Assembly: GCF_009914755.1 (NCBI RefSeq)
Contig: NC_060928.1
Direction: 5' to 3' (one strand)
Origin: the human T2T-CHM13v2.0 reference genome, Homo sapiens
Length of the DNA: 64,000 nt
The notes under the pieces were generated by a model, which saw only the letters and a list, made by a program, of their open reading frames with translations, was not told the DNA's origin and did not search any database. The position numbers were made by a program, and so were the translations under genes. Below are positions 26,700 to 40,544 of the stretch, one piece after another (position 1 is the first letter of the stretch; the number at the start of each line of letters is the position of its first letter).

Positions 26700-26930
26700 T
26701 TCATGTAGTGTCATGTAGTAGAAAGGGAATGGGATTTCATCTGCCTGAGCTGGGTTCAAATCCTAACTACTCAATTTTATAAATGTGCAACTTATGGAAA
26801 GTGACTTAACTAAAGTCCATGTTTCCTCATTTGTAATTTGAAGATGGTAATACCTATTTTGCATGGTTGCTGTGGGAATTTAAGATGATGTAGATAAAGC
26901 TCCCAGGATTTAGCACTTCATTAGTAGTGA
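26700..26930 (+). mobile_element. MIR SINE
   Basis: CTGGGTTCAAATCCTAACTAC...GTTTCCTCATTTGTAA...GGTTGCTGTGGGAATT. Confidence 0.8.
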
Positions 26931-27031
26931 AAATTATTTTCTTTGTCTGTGTCCTTTTATTGAAATCCAGCTTTACTTCAAGTGACACTGCTTCCACCAC
27001 AACACTCTGTTACTACTATATTTTGGCCTCT

Positions 27032-27945
<914 letters not shown>

Positions 27946-28569
27946 TTGGCTTCTTAAAGAGGACTCAGCATTATCCTGGTTCCCCAAAACTGCTTTCTGA
28001 CAATTTTATGTAGTTTTCACCTAAAATGAAGTGTCCTGGACACTTGCATCTTTTACTTTCAAACACAAACATTTATGCAATTATTCTTTTATTTAATCCT
28101 TACAAGAATTCCAGGTGGTAGGGAGGGCCCATGTTATTATCTCCATGATATATTCAAGTTCTTGTTACTGTCACCCCTGGGTCATTTCTTCTTAACCCTA
28201 AGGACTTTGGAGCTTGGCTCACAGCTTCTCTCTATTCTAGCATCTACTGTCAACTTTAGTGACATCATGATATTTACTGATGAGCCATCAAATGGCCTGC
28301 CCTTACACGGACATTTACCTCCATTTCATTTTACCAATTCCATTTACAGAAGTATATTTTGGACTTTTGTATCACTTTTAACTGCTCCTCTGAAAATCTG
28401 AATTTTTAATTGACTTTGTCTGCCGGCAACCTTGTATTTTTTTCTCTTCTCAAACTTTTCCATTTCCATAAAACCTGTCCTTCTGCCTCAGGACACAGTC
28501 CTCCTTCTTGAATCCTTCCTAGTCCACTTCATTTCTTCCATAACCAGCCTGAATTTCCAGCATGTGCTT

Positions 28570-28660
28570 GTTCTTTCATTCGTTCACTTGTTCATTCATT
28601 TATTCCACATTTGTTGAGTGTATTTTGTGTGTCAGACACTGTGGCAGGAACTGTGCTAAG
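28570..28660 (-). mobile_element. L2 3' end fragment
   Basis: TCATTCGTTCACTTGTTCATTCATTTATTCCACATTTGTTGAGTG...GTGTCAGACACTGTG. Confidence 0.7.
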
Positions 28661-29142
28661 CTCTCACCTCAATCCACAAGTAGCTAAGGGCAGGCTGGTC
28701 TGTCAGTTCTTTCATCATACCCTCTTTGACACTTTTGGATTCGTTATCCTCTTTTCTTTCCTTTGTTCCTAGCAGGCAAACTATCTGATTTATTTCTTTC
28801 TTTCCCTGTTCTTAGACCCTCTGGCTCTAATCATCTCTAGGGAACATCTTGTCTCCTTCTGACTCCTTGCCTGAGCTGAGCCTTCAGTGCAAATCTAATT
28901 ACTCATATATCCCGGACAGTCCTCTTTCTCTGCAGCCTCCGTTATTCCAAAGCTTTACTTTCTCTTCAAACCTGTGGGCACCCTCCACATTCTAGCTCTC
29001 CAAGTGGATGACCCAGCCCGGCTTTACTAAGAAAACAAAGACCATCAGTTGTGAACTCCCTCAGTATCCCTCACCAGTTATCTAGACTTCTTCCATATTA
29101 TTCTCCTGTTTTTTCCCCTCCCCCACCAAAAGGTAAGATCAA

Positions 29143-29343
29143 TGCTATGGTCTGACTGTGTCCTCCAAAATGCATATGTTGAAACTTGATCACAATGTGA
29201 TATATAGTATTAAGAAGTGGAGCCTTGCCAGCACCTTAATCTTGGACTTTCCAGCTTCCAGAACTGTGAGAAATAAATTTATATTATTTATAAATTATCC
29301 AGTCTCAGGTGTTTTGTTTTAGTGGCAAGAACTGACAAAGACA
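29143..29343 (+). mobile_element. Internally deleted MaLR solo LTR (MST/MLT1A-like)
   Basis: TGCTATGGTCTGA...CTTGGACTTTCCAGCTTCCAGAACTGTGAGAAATAAATTT...AAGACA; flanks ATCAA / ATAAA. Confidence 0.8.
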
Positions 29344-30039
29344 ATAAAGCAAGAGAAGACATTGTTTTCACAGGAAGCACCTTCATAGGTTCTTTGGTCC
29401 CATCTCCTGACTTCCACCTTGATTTCTTATATCATGTGTTCTTTCAATCTTCCATGTCACTTTCTTCAATAGATTCTTACCCTTAGCCTACAAATATTTT
29501 CGGAGTTTTCTTTTCAGCCTCCCTACTCCCCAAGCTTCCACACAAAATTCCATTAACAATCAGCAATCTTGAGGAAAATGTCTTCATTCATTGCCTTCAG
29601 TAATTTGCCTTTTCTTCCTCCAAAACTAACAAAATTGCTTCAATACCTACTAGCCAATTTCCAGTGGCCCTTCAGGCTTCTAGTTCCTGGAAACAATTGC
29701 CCACCTCTTGTGTTTATTCTGACCCAGTCTACCGTCTGGCCAGATCTTGGCAAGTAGGAGCTCCAGCAAAAATCCTAGACCTTTTTTTTTTTTCCCCTTT
29801 TTCCAGTCTTGATCCTCCACCTCCGAGGTTCTGCATTTACTTGGTGTTTGACCTTTTGCTCCATCTTTGACTTCCAGCCAAAACTTATCACTTCAATCTG
29901 ATGACAGGTTTGCATTCTCTGGCAAATCTTTGGAACATGCCTACAGTGCCTGACAGAGTTCCAGGCACTGTAACCCTACTCTGTGCCTAGTTAGCATATC
30001 TGGTTTCCCTGCGGGGTCTGGTCTGACCTCCTCGGCATA

Positions 30040-30420
30040 AGTGGGAGTCTTAAAATCTCACCTCCCTTGGTTTTCATGACACTTTCCTCTCCTGATGCTT
30101 TTTATACTCCTGTAACCACTCTTTCAAATATCTTGTGAAATCTCTTCTTTCTTCTCTTCTCACTCTATACTCTTTTCTTGGCAGATCTCATCCACTCCAT
30201 TGGCTTAAATACCATCTCTACATGGCCAGCTCCCAAATTTATAATTCCAATTTTGATTTTTTTTCTAAGTTCTACATATGTAATGCAAAATGCCCACTGG
30301 ATAGCTTCTGTAATTTGGACCTCAAATTCAACATAATTAAAAGCAAATTTATCATCTTTTCCTTCTAATCTGTATCTTTTCTGTGTTCCCTGTCTTGGTT
30401 AATGTTACTTTTAACTGATT
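30040..30420 (+). mobile_element. L2 remnant (continues ~31290-31810)
   Basis: CTCCCTTGGTTTTCATGACAC...GGCTTAAATACCATCTCTACATG...CTCAAATTCAACAT motifs. Confidence 0.65.
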
Positions 30421-30424
30421 GTAC

Positions 30425-31281
30425 CAGGGGTCCCCAATCCTGGGGCCAAGGACCGGTATCACTCTGTGAAACTTCATCTGCATTTATAGCTGCTCCTGGT
30501 TGCTCACATTACTGCCTGTATTAGTCCATTCTCACACTGCTGTAAAGAACTGTCTGAGACAGGGTAATTTATAAAAAGGTTTAATTGACTTACAGTTCTG
30601 CAGGGCTGGGGAGGCCTCAGGAAGGTTACAATCATGGTGGAAAGGGAAGTAGGCACATCTTACATGGCAGCAGGTGAGAGAGAGAGAGTGCGAAGGGGGA
30701 AGAACCCTTTATAAAACCATCAGATCTTGTGATAACTCACTCACTATCATGAAAACAGCATGGGGAAAACCACCCCCATGATCCAATCACCTCCCTCCCT
30801 TGACATGTAGGGATTGTAGGTCCATCCCTCAACACATGGGGAATACAATTTGAGATGAGATTTGGGTGGGGAAGCAGAGCCAAACGATATCACTGCCTGA
30901 GCTCTGCCTCCTGTCAGATCAGCAGAGGCATTATGTTCTCACAGGATTGCAAACTCTATTGTGAACTGCACATGTAAGGGATCTGGGTTGCATGCTCCTT
31001 ATGAGAATCTAATGCCTGATGATCTGTCACTGTCTCCCATCACCCCCAGATAGGACTGTCTAGTTGTATGAAAACAAGCTCAGGGCTCCCACTGATTCTA
31101 CATTATGGTGAGTTGTATAATTATTTCATTATATATTGCAATGTACTAATAATATAAATAAAATGCACAATAAACATAGTGCACTTGAATCGTGTCAAAA
31201 CCATCCTCCCCCACCCCAGTCTGTGGAAAAATTGTCTTCCATTAAACCGGTCCCTGGTGCCAAAAATGTTGGGGACCACTG
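30425..31281. mobile_element. MER1A hAT element interrupted by an LTR
   Basis: TIRs CAGGGGTCCCC / GGGGACCACTG; interior homologous to MER1B at 10215. Confidence 0.88.
30517..30892 (-). mobile_element. THE1/MSTA-type solo LTR nested in MER1A
   Basis: TGTATTAGTCCATTCTCACACTGC...GAGCCAAACGATATCA; perfect 5-bp TSD CTGCC at 30512-30516 and 30893-30897. Confidence 0.92.
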
Positions 31282-33027
31282 GCTTACACCTAACAGCTAC
31301 TTGAATATTATGGTCTCTTTTATCTGTTTTTGTATCAGTTTCTTCTGATGCAGCCTGAATCCTTCCTTGCATTGTCTGTTGCCTGGACTTTTCCAATAGT
31401 CTAATACTTGCCTCCTTCTCACACCAGCTTCCCTCTTCAAGTTATTTTCCACAGGGTACCAGAGTTTACCTTCTAATGGATAGTTTTGTTTATGTCACTC
31501 CCCAGTTTTAAAGCCTTTTCCTGGATTCTGCTGCCTATAGGGTAAAGTCTAAATTATTTAACTTGGCACACAAGCCTCTTCATAATCTTTCCACAACTCA
31601 ATTTTTATCTTAAGATTCAAAGCTTTGCCTGTGTTTTACTACATATGCCAGTTACTTTAGACAACTTGTTGTTTCTGAAATGTCATGTAATATTTTCACA
31701 TCTAAAGTTCTATGTATGCTTTCTCTTCTGTCTAAGGTGACTTTGCTTTCTTTTCTTCCAATTTAAACCTTAATTCAATGTCCGTCTCTGCTACCAGAGC
31801 TTCTGGAAAGCCTTTCCTAAGATATTCCATTGTGTTTACATGGCACTTACATTCCTCTCCTGCACATGTGACTCAGGGACCCAGGCTCCTTCCACCTTGT
31901 GGCTCTGCTGTCTCCTGGAACTCTTAGAGAGTTTTACTAGATTTTCTGCATCTGGTTGGAAGATGAGGAAGGTAAATGGAGGATCACACACGGGAAAGTG
32001 TTATGGCATATATCACTGCTGCTGACAACCCAGGGACTAGAACTCAGTCATGCGGCCGTAGCTAACTGCAATGGAGGGTGAAAAGAGTAGTCTAGCTGTG
32101 CCTAGGAGGGAGAGGGAAATGGTTTAGTGAACAGCTAATAAAGGTTTTCTACACTGGCACATGGGAGTTGGTTAGTATATGTTTGTGAATTGAATGAATA
32201 CATTATTATAGAATAGGCATTAGCTGAGGTAATTCTGTATCAGTGTTCTAGCCTTTCAGATTCCTTACTGGCTTCTGACTTTGTAATTCCAAAAATAAAA
32301 AAAAATACCTTCAGGTTTGGTCAGAAAATTGATTGTACTGCTTGACCAAACATTTTCATTAATAACGTTTATTATATATAATCTGTACTGACATTGTAAA
32401 TTCTCAGAGATCGAACACTATCAAAGAACATAAATAGTGTAATGAAGATCATTTAATGTATGTTCCTCCCAATGATTTACAAATCATTCAAAATTACTTC
32501 ATGGTGTTGCCAGGCTTCAAAGCCATTAAATTCAAATCCATCCAGTTAACAGTTTGCTGGGAATGGCAGACCCTGTGCAAAATGCAATCCTACTGTGTGC
32601 AGTAGAAAGAACATTGAGGGTGCTAGTCTGACTGCACTGCTTCCTGACTGGGTGTAACTGATAAGTTACTTAGCAAAAATTTCTTTTAAAATAATGGACT
32701 TTTAATGGATGATCTCTTAAGTGTCTTGCAACTTTAGCATTCACTACTAGGATTTGTTTGAAAGTGCTGGTTAATAGAGGATAGGCTGGTTAATAGGCTA
32801 ATAGGATGGTAGTCAACAGAGAGTTTACTATTTCTAAGTGAGTTAGGTTAAATTGTGTTTAGTATTAGAAGTGTGTTAGTCATCTTTAAAGGCCAAGGGA
32901 AAGTACTGTCTAAAATTACATGAGGACTTCTTTATTGCTATACTTATAATCTGATGAAAGCACAGCAATTATTGGACCCATTTGCAAAGGCTGTTCCCCT
33001 TGCCAGTGTTCATGCAATATCGCATAC

Positions 33028-33429
33028 CTGTCATACTGCTAAATGGTCCACTATGAGAATAGCCAATGGCTTTTGTTATCTTAATAGCATCATATCTCAA
33101 GATGCTATCATTGTGGAAGAAATCAGTTTGCTTATTGGCAAAGAGTGCTTTGAAATAATTTGCAAAAGGCTTGTTTAGGGACCATGGAAGTAAGATTGAC
33201 ACCGAGGAAATGTGCATCGCTTCTTGGTGGGATGCAGATTGCCTTGCCTATGGCTCAGCTTATACGTTTTCCTACCATCCTATCTAGTATCAGTAAACGT
33301 GGCCTGCTTTCATTTTTTTCTCCAGGTAACACTCGTGAAGCAGCAAAAGAAGATCCACGTTATTCCAGAAATTAATGCCAGCGAAGTCAATCGTGTACAT
33401 CAAGTTAGCACAATTTCTTTCTGATGGTC
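33028..33429 (-). other. Candidate 402-nt exon in CpG-retaining unique sequence
   Basis: Acceptor CCCCTATATTTTCAG|GA and donor ACAG|GTATGC; stops in all frames, but an ATG at 33217 is open to the donor. Confidence 0.35.
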
Positions 33430-33562
33430 CTGAAAATATAGGGGGACTTGGAGTTAACACCTGTGATGCAGAAACTAATCTGCCATTCATTTGATGTGCC
33501 ATGTTGGTCAAATATGTTAAGCCCACACTTCCTGACTTGTTCTTCATGAAATGGGAATAATG

Positions 33563-33900
33563 CATTCATTTATTTATTGAGCATCTACTATGTGCTAGGT
33601 ACTCTTCTGGGATTGGAGAAATAGTAGCAAACAAACTAAATTACCACCACCATGGAGTTTACATCCAAGTAGAGAAAGCATACAAAAGCTACATCTTGTC
33701 ATATGGCAAAAGTGCTATGGGGAAAATTAAAGCAGAGTAAGCGGGGTGAGGGGGAGACTAGGAGATGGTGTACTATTTTTTTTGAGTAGTCAAGGGAGAA
33801 TTCTGAATAGGTAACATTTGAGGGAAAACTTGAACAAAATGAGGGAGGAAGCTATGTAGATATCAGAAGAGAGTACGTGTCAAGAAAAAGAGAACACATG
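33563..33900 (-). mobile_element. L2 fragment
   Basis: CATTCATTTATTTATTGAGCATCTACTATGTGCTAGG...AAGTGCTATGG...AACATTTGAG. Confidence 0.75.
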
Positions 33901-33995
33901 TAAAAAAACCTGAAAAATTAATAATTTCTTTTCGTCTACATTATAGGGTTGCTGTGAGGATCAAATGAAATAATATATGTGATCTGTATGTACGT

Positions 33996-33997
<2 letters not shown>

Positions 33998-34029
<32 letters not shown>
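33998..34029. repeat. (GT)n microsatellite (~16 units) in an Alu tail
   Basis: Direct read. Confidence 0.95.
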
Positions 34030-34338
<309 letters not shown>

Positions 34339-34999
34339 TGAATTCATTTTGCTGCTTTTGTGGTTACTATTTTTATAGCTCATTGTTGCAAAGTGAACTC
34401 TTTTATGTCTCATTAAAAGAGAGAAATTCTCTGACAGAGAACTTAAAGAATGTGTACCAACTGGCTATCATCTTAAGGTTCAGTAGTGAAAATACACTTT
34501 ATCTGTACTTTCAGAGCACTTATAAATTACTGGAAGATGTGTGTGTAAAATAGAGCACAGTATAAGAGAAAATAACACAAAGCAAGTGTCAAGTTGATGC
34601 AGCAGTCTAGTGAATCTTCTCTGAGATTTGAGAATTCAGTGATTCTTATGACATAAGAGATAGATTTCTCTATTTAGGAATTCTTCTTACATCAGATTTT
34701 CCTCTCCCTGTCTCCTTCTCTTTCCTTTATTTCTTGCTTTCCTGCCTTTTACATGCACATTTTGTGATGGTTTAGAAGAAGATCACAAACAGTAAATGGT
34801 GGTTGAGAAAGAGGAACTTGTAACATTGGCATGAATATAGCTAAGAACACATTTCTTAATGTTATATTCAAACACTATTAGGTAATTACATGACAAGTTA
34901 AGTGACAGGCAACTTTTATAATTTTCTCAGATAAACAGGGATGGGGAAGTCATGGTTCTTTGCTTCTGTTCCTCTAATATTGGGGAACAGCTGACTTGA

Positions 35000-35327
<328 letters not shown>

Positions 35328-35945
35328 TGTATTTGTTTTAATATACAAGTGGAATAAATATTCAAAATCCTTTGTGAAGTAAGGCAGGGTGTATAGAAAC
35401 ATATAAACAACACACTTTGGAAACAGGAAAACAGAACTGAAAGAATGTTTATAAAGGTGCACAATGAAAGAGCAATTCCACAGAGGGATTGTTTAGATTA
35501 GTGAAATACTCATGCCTGGGGTAAGTGACATAATGCATGTTTGTGTATATGACTATTATGTATTTAAAATATCATTGAAAATTATAAATATATTCCCCAT
35601 CCTTGACACTAACCCATACCAAGATCTGAAAATCAGAACCTCTTTTGTAATGATTTGTAGACAGTAAATTCTACATTCTTTCATTGATTCATTTATTTGT
35701 TACCTTAAGTTCAAGGCTTGCAATGCTTTCTGAGCATCTGCTGTATAACTTTGGGGTCATGGTTTTATAGTGCCTGGGAAAAGAAACAGGGCTAGAGATA
35801 TATAGAGCACTGGGGTTTTAATTGCTTTAGTTGGCAAAAAGAAAAGGATTTCTGTCTGAGTTCTCCTAGGTCTCTTTTCTCAAGTTTACACCAAGCGCTA
35901 CATGCACTGACCTCCCATCCCCTATAAATAATTCACAAGAGATTC

Positions 35946-36113
35946 ATGATTTTTAAACACTGGGATGCTTAAGGCACATCTGGGGTGCTTGCTACAAATG
36001 CAGTGACCCTGATTCAGTATGTGTGGGGTGCTGCCCAGAGAATCTGTATTTTAAATAAGGACCCAGATGCTTCTGATGCAGGTGGTCTGTGGACCACACT
36101 GGGAGAAACACTG
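35946..36113. mobile_element. MER5A/B-like hAT relic
   Basis: TGATTCAGTATGTGTGGGG...TTCTGATGCAGGTGGTCTGTGGACCACACTGGGAGAAACACTG. Confidence 0.75.
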
Positions 36114-36479
36114 TTAAGACAAATTTACTCAAAGGTAAAGAAGTCTTTAGAGAAACTAAATGTTGAAGTGAGTGGCAAATGGTTGCAAGGTGGTTCTGCT
36201 TGAGCAGGAGACCTAGAATCCTGTGAAGTTGGTGGAGGCAGAGGAAAGATTTTAGTAAAGAATTTTTATAACATTTTAATAAAGAATTATGAGCTGATTT
36301 AGTTAGAAGGAACTATGGCGGGTATTAGAGAAAAGAACATTGGTTGATAAAGTTAGACGGGCCTTGAAGGCAAGGGGACGATTTCTCCCAGGTAGATATG
36401 GGGCCCAGAGGAGGGACATTACTAAGAAATGGTTCTGGTTAGTATAGTGACACACCAAAGTACTCTAAAACTAATTAAT

Positions 36480-37015
36480 AGTTGTTTACAGTTGTGCCCA
36501 TGGATTAGGAATGTGGATTGAGCACATGGGGGTTAGCTAGTCTCTGCTATAGGATATTTGAGACCTCAATTGAGAAGACTCAAAGGCTAGGAGTGACTCA
36601 AAGGATGGGGTTTGGAACCATCAGCAAGCACCTTCATTGATATTCCTGACACCTGGGCTGCACTGGTTTGAAAATCAGGACTGACGACTGCAGTGTCCAC
36701 ACATTGGGCTTTCTATGTGGTGTGGCTTCCTCAAAATATGGTGGCCTTGGGGCAGTTGACTTTTTACATGGTGGCTCAAAGCTCTAAGAGCATGAGTGTT
36801 CTGGTGAACAACATGGAAACTGCATTATCATAAGACTTATGGTCTAGTCTCAGAAGTCACACAGCCTCACTTCTGCAATACTGTATTGATTGAAGCAGTC
36901 GCAAGCCCACCTAGATTCAAGGAGAGGGAAATTAAACACTTCCTGATGGGATAGTGGCAATGTCACAAAGAGAAGAGCACATGGTATGAGGAATATTGTT
37001 GTGCCATCTTTGGGA
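36480..37015 (-). mobile_element. MaLR LTR (MLT1F/H-like)
   Basis: CTCAGAAGTCACACAGCCTCACTTCTGC...AGATTCAAGGAGAGGGAAATT...GCCATCTTTGG. Confidence 0.65.
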
Positions 37016-37344
37016 AATAAAATTTTTATAGAATTTATAAATTTATATAAATATAAAATTATATAATTTTATAGAATTTATAGATTATAGAAGGAATCTG
37101 GAGAGTTGAGTGATGGGAAGAATGGGAAAAAATGGATCAATCAATTGTGGAAAGTATATTCAATGCAATACTATACAGCAGTGAAAATGAGTTAACTACC
37201 ACTACATACATGAATGTGGATGAAGCTTAGAAGAAATACTGTGTGTTGTTAAAAGTTTCAAAAACGTTTCATGCTACCAGTTTTATAAACTTCAAATTTG
37301 CTAAAATAAGCAACACAATTTTATCATTTAGGAATACCTATATA

Positions 37345-38098
37345 TGAGGGGTTTTCAAAAAGTTTTTGGGGCTGGTTTACTCTTTCCAACTACACTTTAA
37401 GATAATCCCAGGGAGGATGCTCCTTTAAACAGTTTTTAGCCTGACATCTCTCTCTTAGGCTCCAGGATGATATTAGACTCTTCTGTTCTGCTCCATTAGG
37501 TCAACCCAACATATCTAAAAACCAAATTCAAGAAATTCCTTCATTCTTCCAGTTCCTCAGGTTAGGCCTCTTCCCTCTTCATAATTTCAGTTCCTCAGGT
37601 TAGGCCTCTTCCCTCTTCATAATTTCTCCTGAATGTCTGCATCTATACTTTCTGTTTTATTCTCATTGTCATAGTCCAGAACAGATCCAGGTTTAGATCC
37701 AGGTTTAGACTCTCTTTCAGACAGTGGCACCATGCTTGGCCAGCGGTCATCTTTTGGTGTATCAAGTTGGTGAATGCTCATCTGCTTGCTTTCAAGCTTC
37801 TAAGATTTTGTTGACATATCTAATGTGCTGTTGTCTGTGCTCCTATTCTTTAAGCCTTAGGAGCTTTCTCCTCTGTGACCCTGTTAATGTAATTTTGTAG
37901 AGTTTTCTAAGCAGGCAGAGGTAAATATATGCATTCAACTTGCCATCTTTAACAAAAAGTACCCATATACCCATATACTGTTTGAAATATTTTACAATAT
38001 TATTAATGACTGCATAGTAACTCCTGCTCTTCTTCTTCTTATAATTTTTATTTTTATCTTTTAGTTCCATTTTCCACAAGCTTTTTGAAGTCTCCTTG
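37345..38098. mobile_element. Hsmar2-type mariner shell (termini only) with filler DNA
   Basis: TA|TGAGGGGTTTTCAAAAAGTTTTTGG ... CCACAAGCTTTTTGAAGTCTCCTTG|TA inverted termini, TA TSD; match to recalled Hsmar2 TIR CGAGGGGTCTTCAAAAAGTTCATGG. Confidence 0.75.
37372..37720 (+). repeat. Dispersed direct duplicate of 39699-40001
   Basis: About 18 mismatches in the first ~180 aligned bp; contains a perfect 38-bp tandem duplication at 37550-37625. Confidence 0.95.
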
Positions 38099-38334
38099 TA
38101 TGTGGTATGACCCTTAAGAAAATGCAAGCCGATTAAATAAAGAAAACAAAGTTTGGGATATTGGTGATCTCTGGGGGATACGGATGGGAAAATGAAAGAA
38201 CAGAGAAGAACACACGGGAAATTTGTAGGTTCCAGCAGTGCTCTGCTTTTTAGATGGGGGGTGGATTCATGGGTTTTCATCCCATTCTTTATTCATTTAC
38301 TACTATTTTACACATGTTACCTGAGTGATTAATG

Positions 38335-38770
38335 TACTTATTCATTCAACAAATATATATTGAGAGCCTAGTATATGTCTGACACGTGTTAGCCAGTGAG
38401 AATTGAACGATGATTAAAATAGTCATGGCTCCTGACTTTACAGAAGGGATTTATGATAAAGAAATACACAGGAGAGGAAACAAATAGGGAATGACACACA
38501 GTGAGATAAGTCCTTTTATAGGAGGACAACGGCGGTGAGAGGCACATGTCCCAGACTTGGAAGTCAGGAAAGGTTTCTGTAAGGAAAACGCATTTTAATC
38601 AAGACCTAAAGGATGAATAAAGAAATAGAAGAGTATGTTCAAGGAAGGATTTGAAGGTGAGAGGGGCCTAACATGTTTGTGGTATTGAACATAAAAGGTG
38701 AGATGGGAAATAAACAAAGATGATTTTGGACAGTTAAATAGGTCCCAAGTCATAAAAGTTCTTGGGAACT
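38335..38770 (-). mobile_element. L2 fragment
   Basis: ATTCATTCAACAAATATATATTGAG...AGTCAGGAAAGGTTTC...AGACCTAAAGGATGAATA. Confidence 0.7.
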
Positions 38771-39698
38771 ATTTGCATTCATGGGGACTCTCTGTGGCAA
38801 GCACCAGAAGCACACCTCAAACAACTCAAAAATATTTTAATCATAAATATGAAGCACCATCTATAGAGCCCTAGGACAGGAGTGGGGCTAGTTCACAGGG
38901 ACATCTGACCTTGAATAACATCAGCACCTGCTCGTCTTGGTTCATCCTGTGTATCTGTTTTCTTTCTCTCTGCAGACACCTCTTCTTCTAAGGGTCACAT
39001 AACAGGAAACATGACCGCTGACTCTATTATTCCCAAGTCCTAAAATCCAGAAAAAGAGACTTGTCAACTATGACAAGATTAATAACACAGCTGTCATGGA
39101 AACCACATAGATAGATGGGAGCAACAGCTTGGGAAGAGATCCATGTCTCTCTGCTAAGAACTGGTATCTTTTCCTAAAAGCAATAAGAGGATGTTAATAT
39201 AACCTGATTTGCATACTAGAAAGATGACTTTGTCCAGAGTTTGGAGCATGTTTTGGGGTAAAGGGGTGGTGGCGATAGGGCCAAAGATAAGTTGGGAGCT
39301 TGCTGCAGATGATAGAGAATGCAGTGTGGGTAGTGGCAGTGGGCCATTGAGGGCATGTGACATTCCTTTCATTTATTTTCTACTAGACGTGAGTATTCCA
39401 AACTTGTGTCACTGACCATTTTCCCAAAAATTCTGGCACCCAAAAAGGAGTGGACAATGTTTCTGTGGTCAATGGGATAGCCTTCTACAGGAGATTAGTA
39501 ATGCAAATTAGCATATCAAAGGATCTAAGAAATTGGTTGTTAAAGAAACAAGTTCAATTTTCTTTGACCCAGTTTCTCACATATACTTGTCAGGTTAGAT
39601 CTTTCATGTAATATTTATGAACAGCCCACAGAATTATGTCTTCACAGCTTGGAAATACCATGTAGAGACAATGAAGAGTAAAGAAAAGATGACTAGGT

Positions 39699-40001
39699 CT
39701 AGTTTACTCTTTCCAACCATGCTTTGAGATAATCCCAGGGAGGATGCTGCTTTAAACAGTCTTTAGCCTGAAATCTGTTTCTTAGGCTTCAGGATGATAT
39801 TAGACTCTTCTATTCTGCTCCATCAGGTAAACCCAGCATATCTAAAAACCAAATTGAAGAGATGCCTTCATTCTTCCAATTCCTCAGGTTGGGCCTCTTC
39901 CCTCTTCATGATTCCTCCTGAATGTCTGCATCTTTTCTTTTCATTTTATTCTCATTGTCACAATCAGGGGGTAGATCCAGGTTTAAGGAACTCTCTTTTA
40001 G
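39699..40001 (+). repeat. Probable donor copy of the 37372-37720 duplicate
   Basis: Direct alignment; spans an apparent L2-remnant / hAT-element junction near 39965. Confidence 0.9.
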
Positions 40002-40544
40002 AAAAAATTATAAATACAAAATTAGGCATGGAAGTTAAATTTTATTTAGGCTGGGAAAAGGAATCATAGCACACAAACATCATAAACATTACAAAATCCA
40101 TACAAATAGCACAACATTTTTATTAATTCACTGCCTAATATACCTGAACACCTTGATTTTTCCCTGATACTTCTTTTTTTTGGGGGGGGGTGGGGGCTAT
40201 GTACTTGTTGATCACCTCTTTGTAAGCAAAGGACTGTGTAATATTTTCTGTAGAAAGAATAGAAAGGCAACCCAGTCTTTCTTCAACTTAATGGATTCAC
40301 ATTTTTAAAAACTATTAATGGTTTAGAAAAGTTTCTTTCATCATCAGTTCATTATTGGTAATGTCATAAAATTGTTATCAAATCTATGAAAAAACTATCA
40401 AAAATTTTTTTTCATAATAAGCTGCTTTAGGCTTACCATGAGATGGGACCAAAAGTTTGTGTTCTATAAACCTAGGAATTATATATATATACACACACAC
40501 ACATATATATATAAAATATCATGTATTTTCACTTATTTCACCTT

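Larger units (their letters stand above)
37150..38320 (+). mobile_element. L1ME-like 3'UTR split by the mariner-derived insertion
   Basis: ...TTTAGGAATACCTATATA | TGTGGTATGACC... reads as a contiguous L1ME 3'UTR once 37345-38100 is removed. Confidence 0.6.

Noticed and set aside
37843-38280. 145-aa minus-strand ORF
   Set aside because: Runs across L1ME, mariner terminus and filler; no transposase motifs or recognisable domain.
39501-39514. Overlapping octamers ATGCAAATTAGCAT
   Set aside because: Lies in an apparent hAT-type relic; a single motif without other support.
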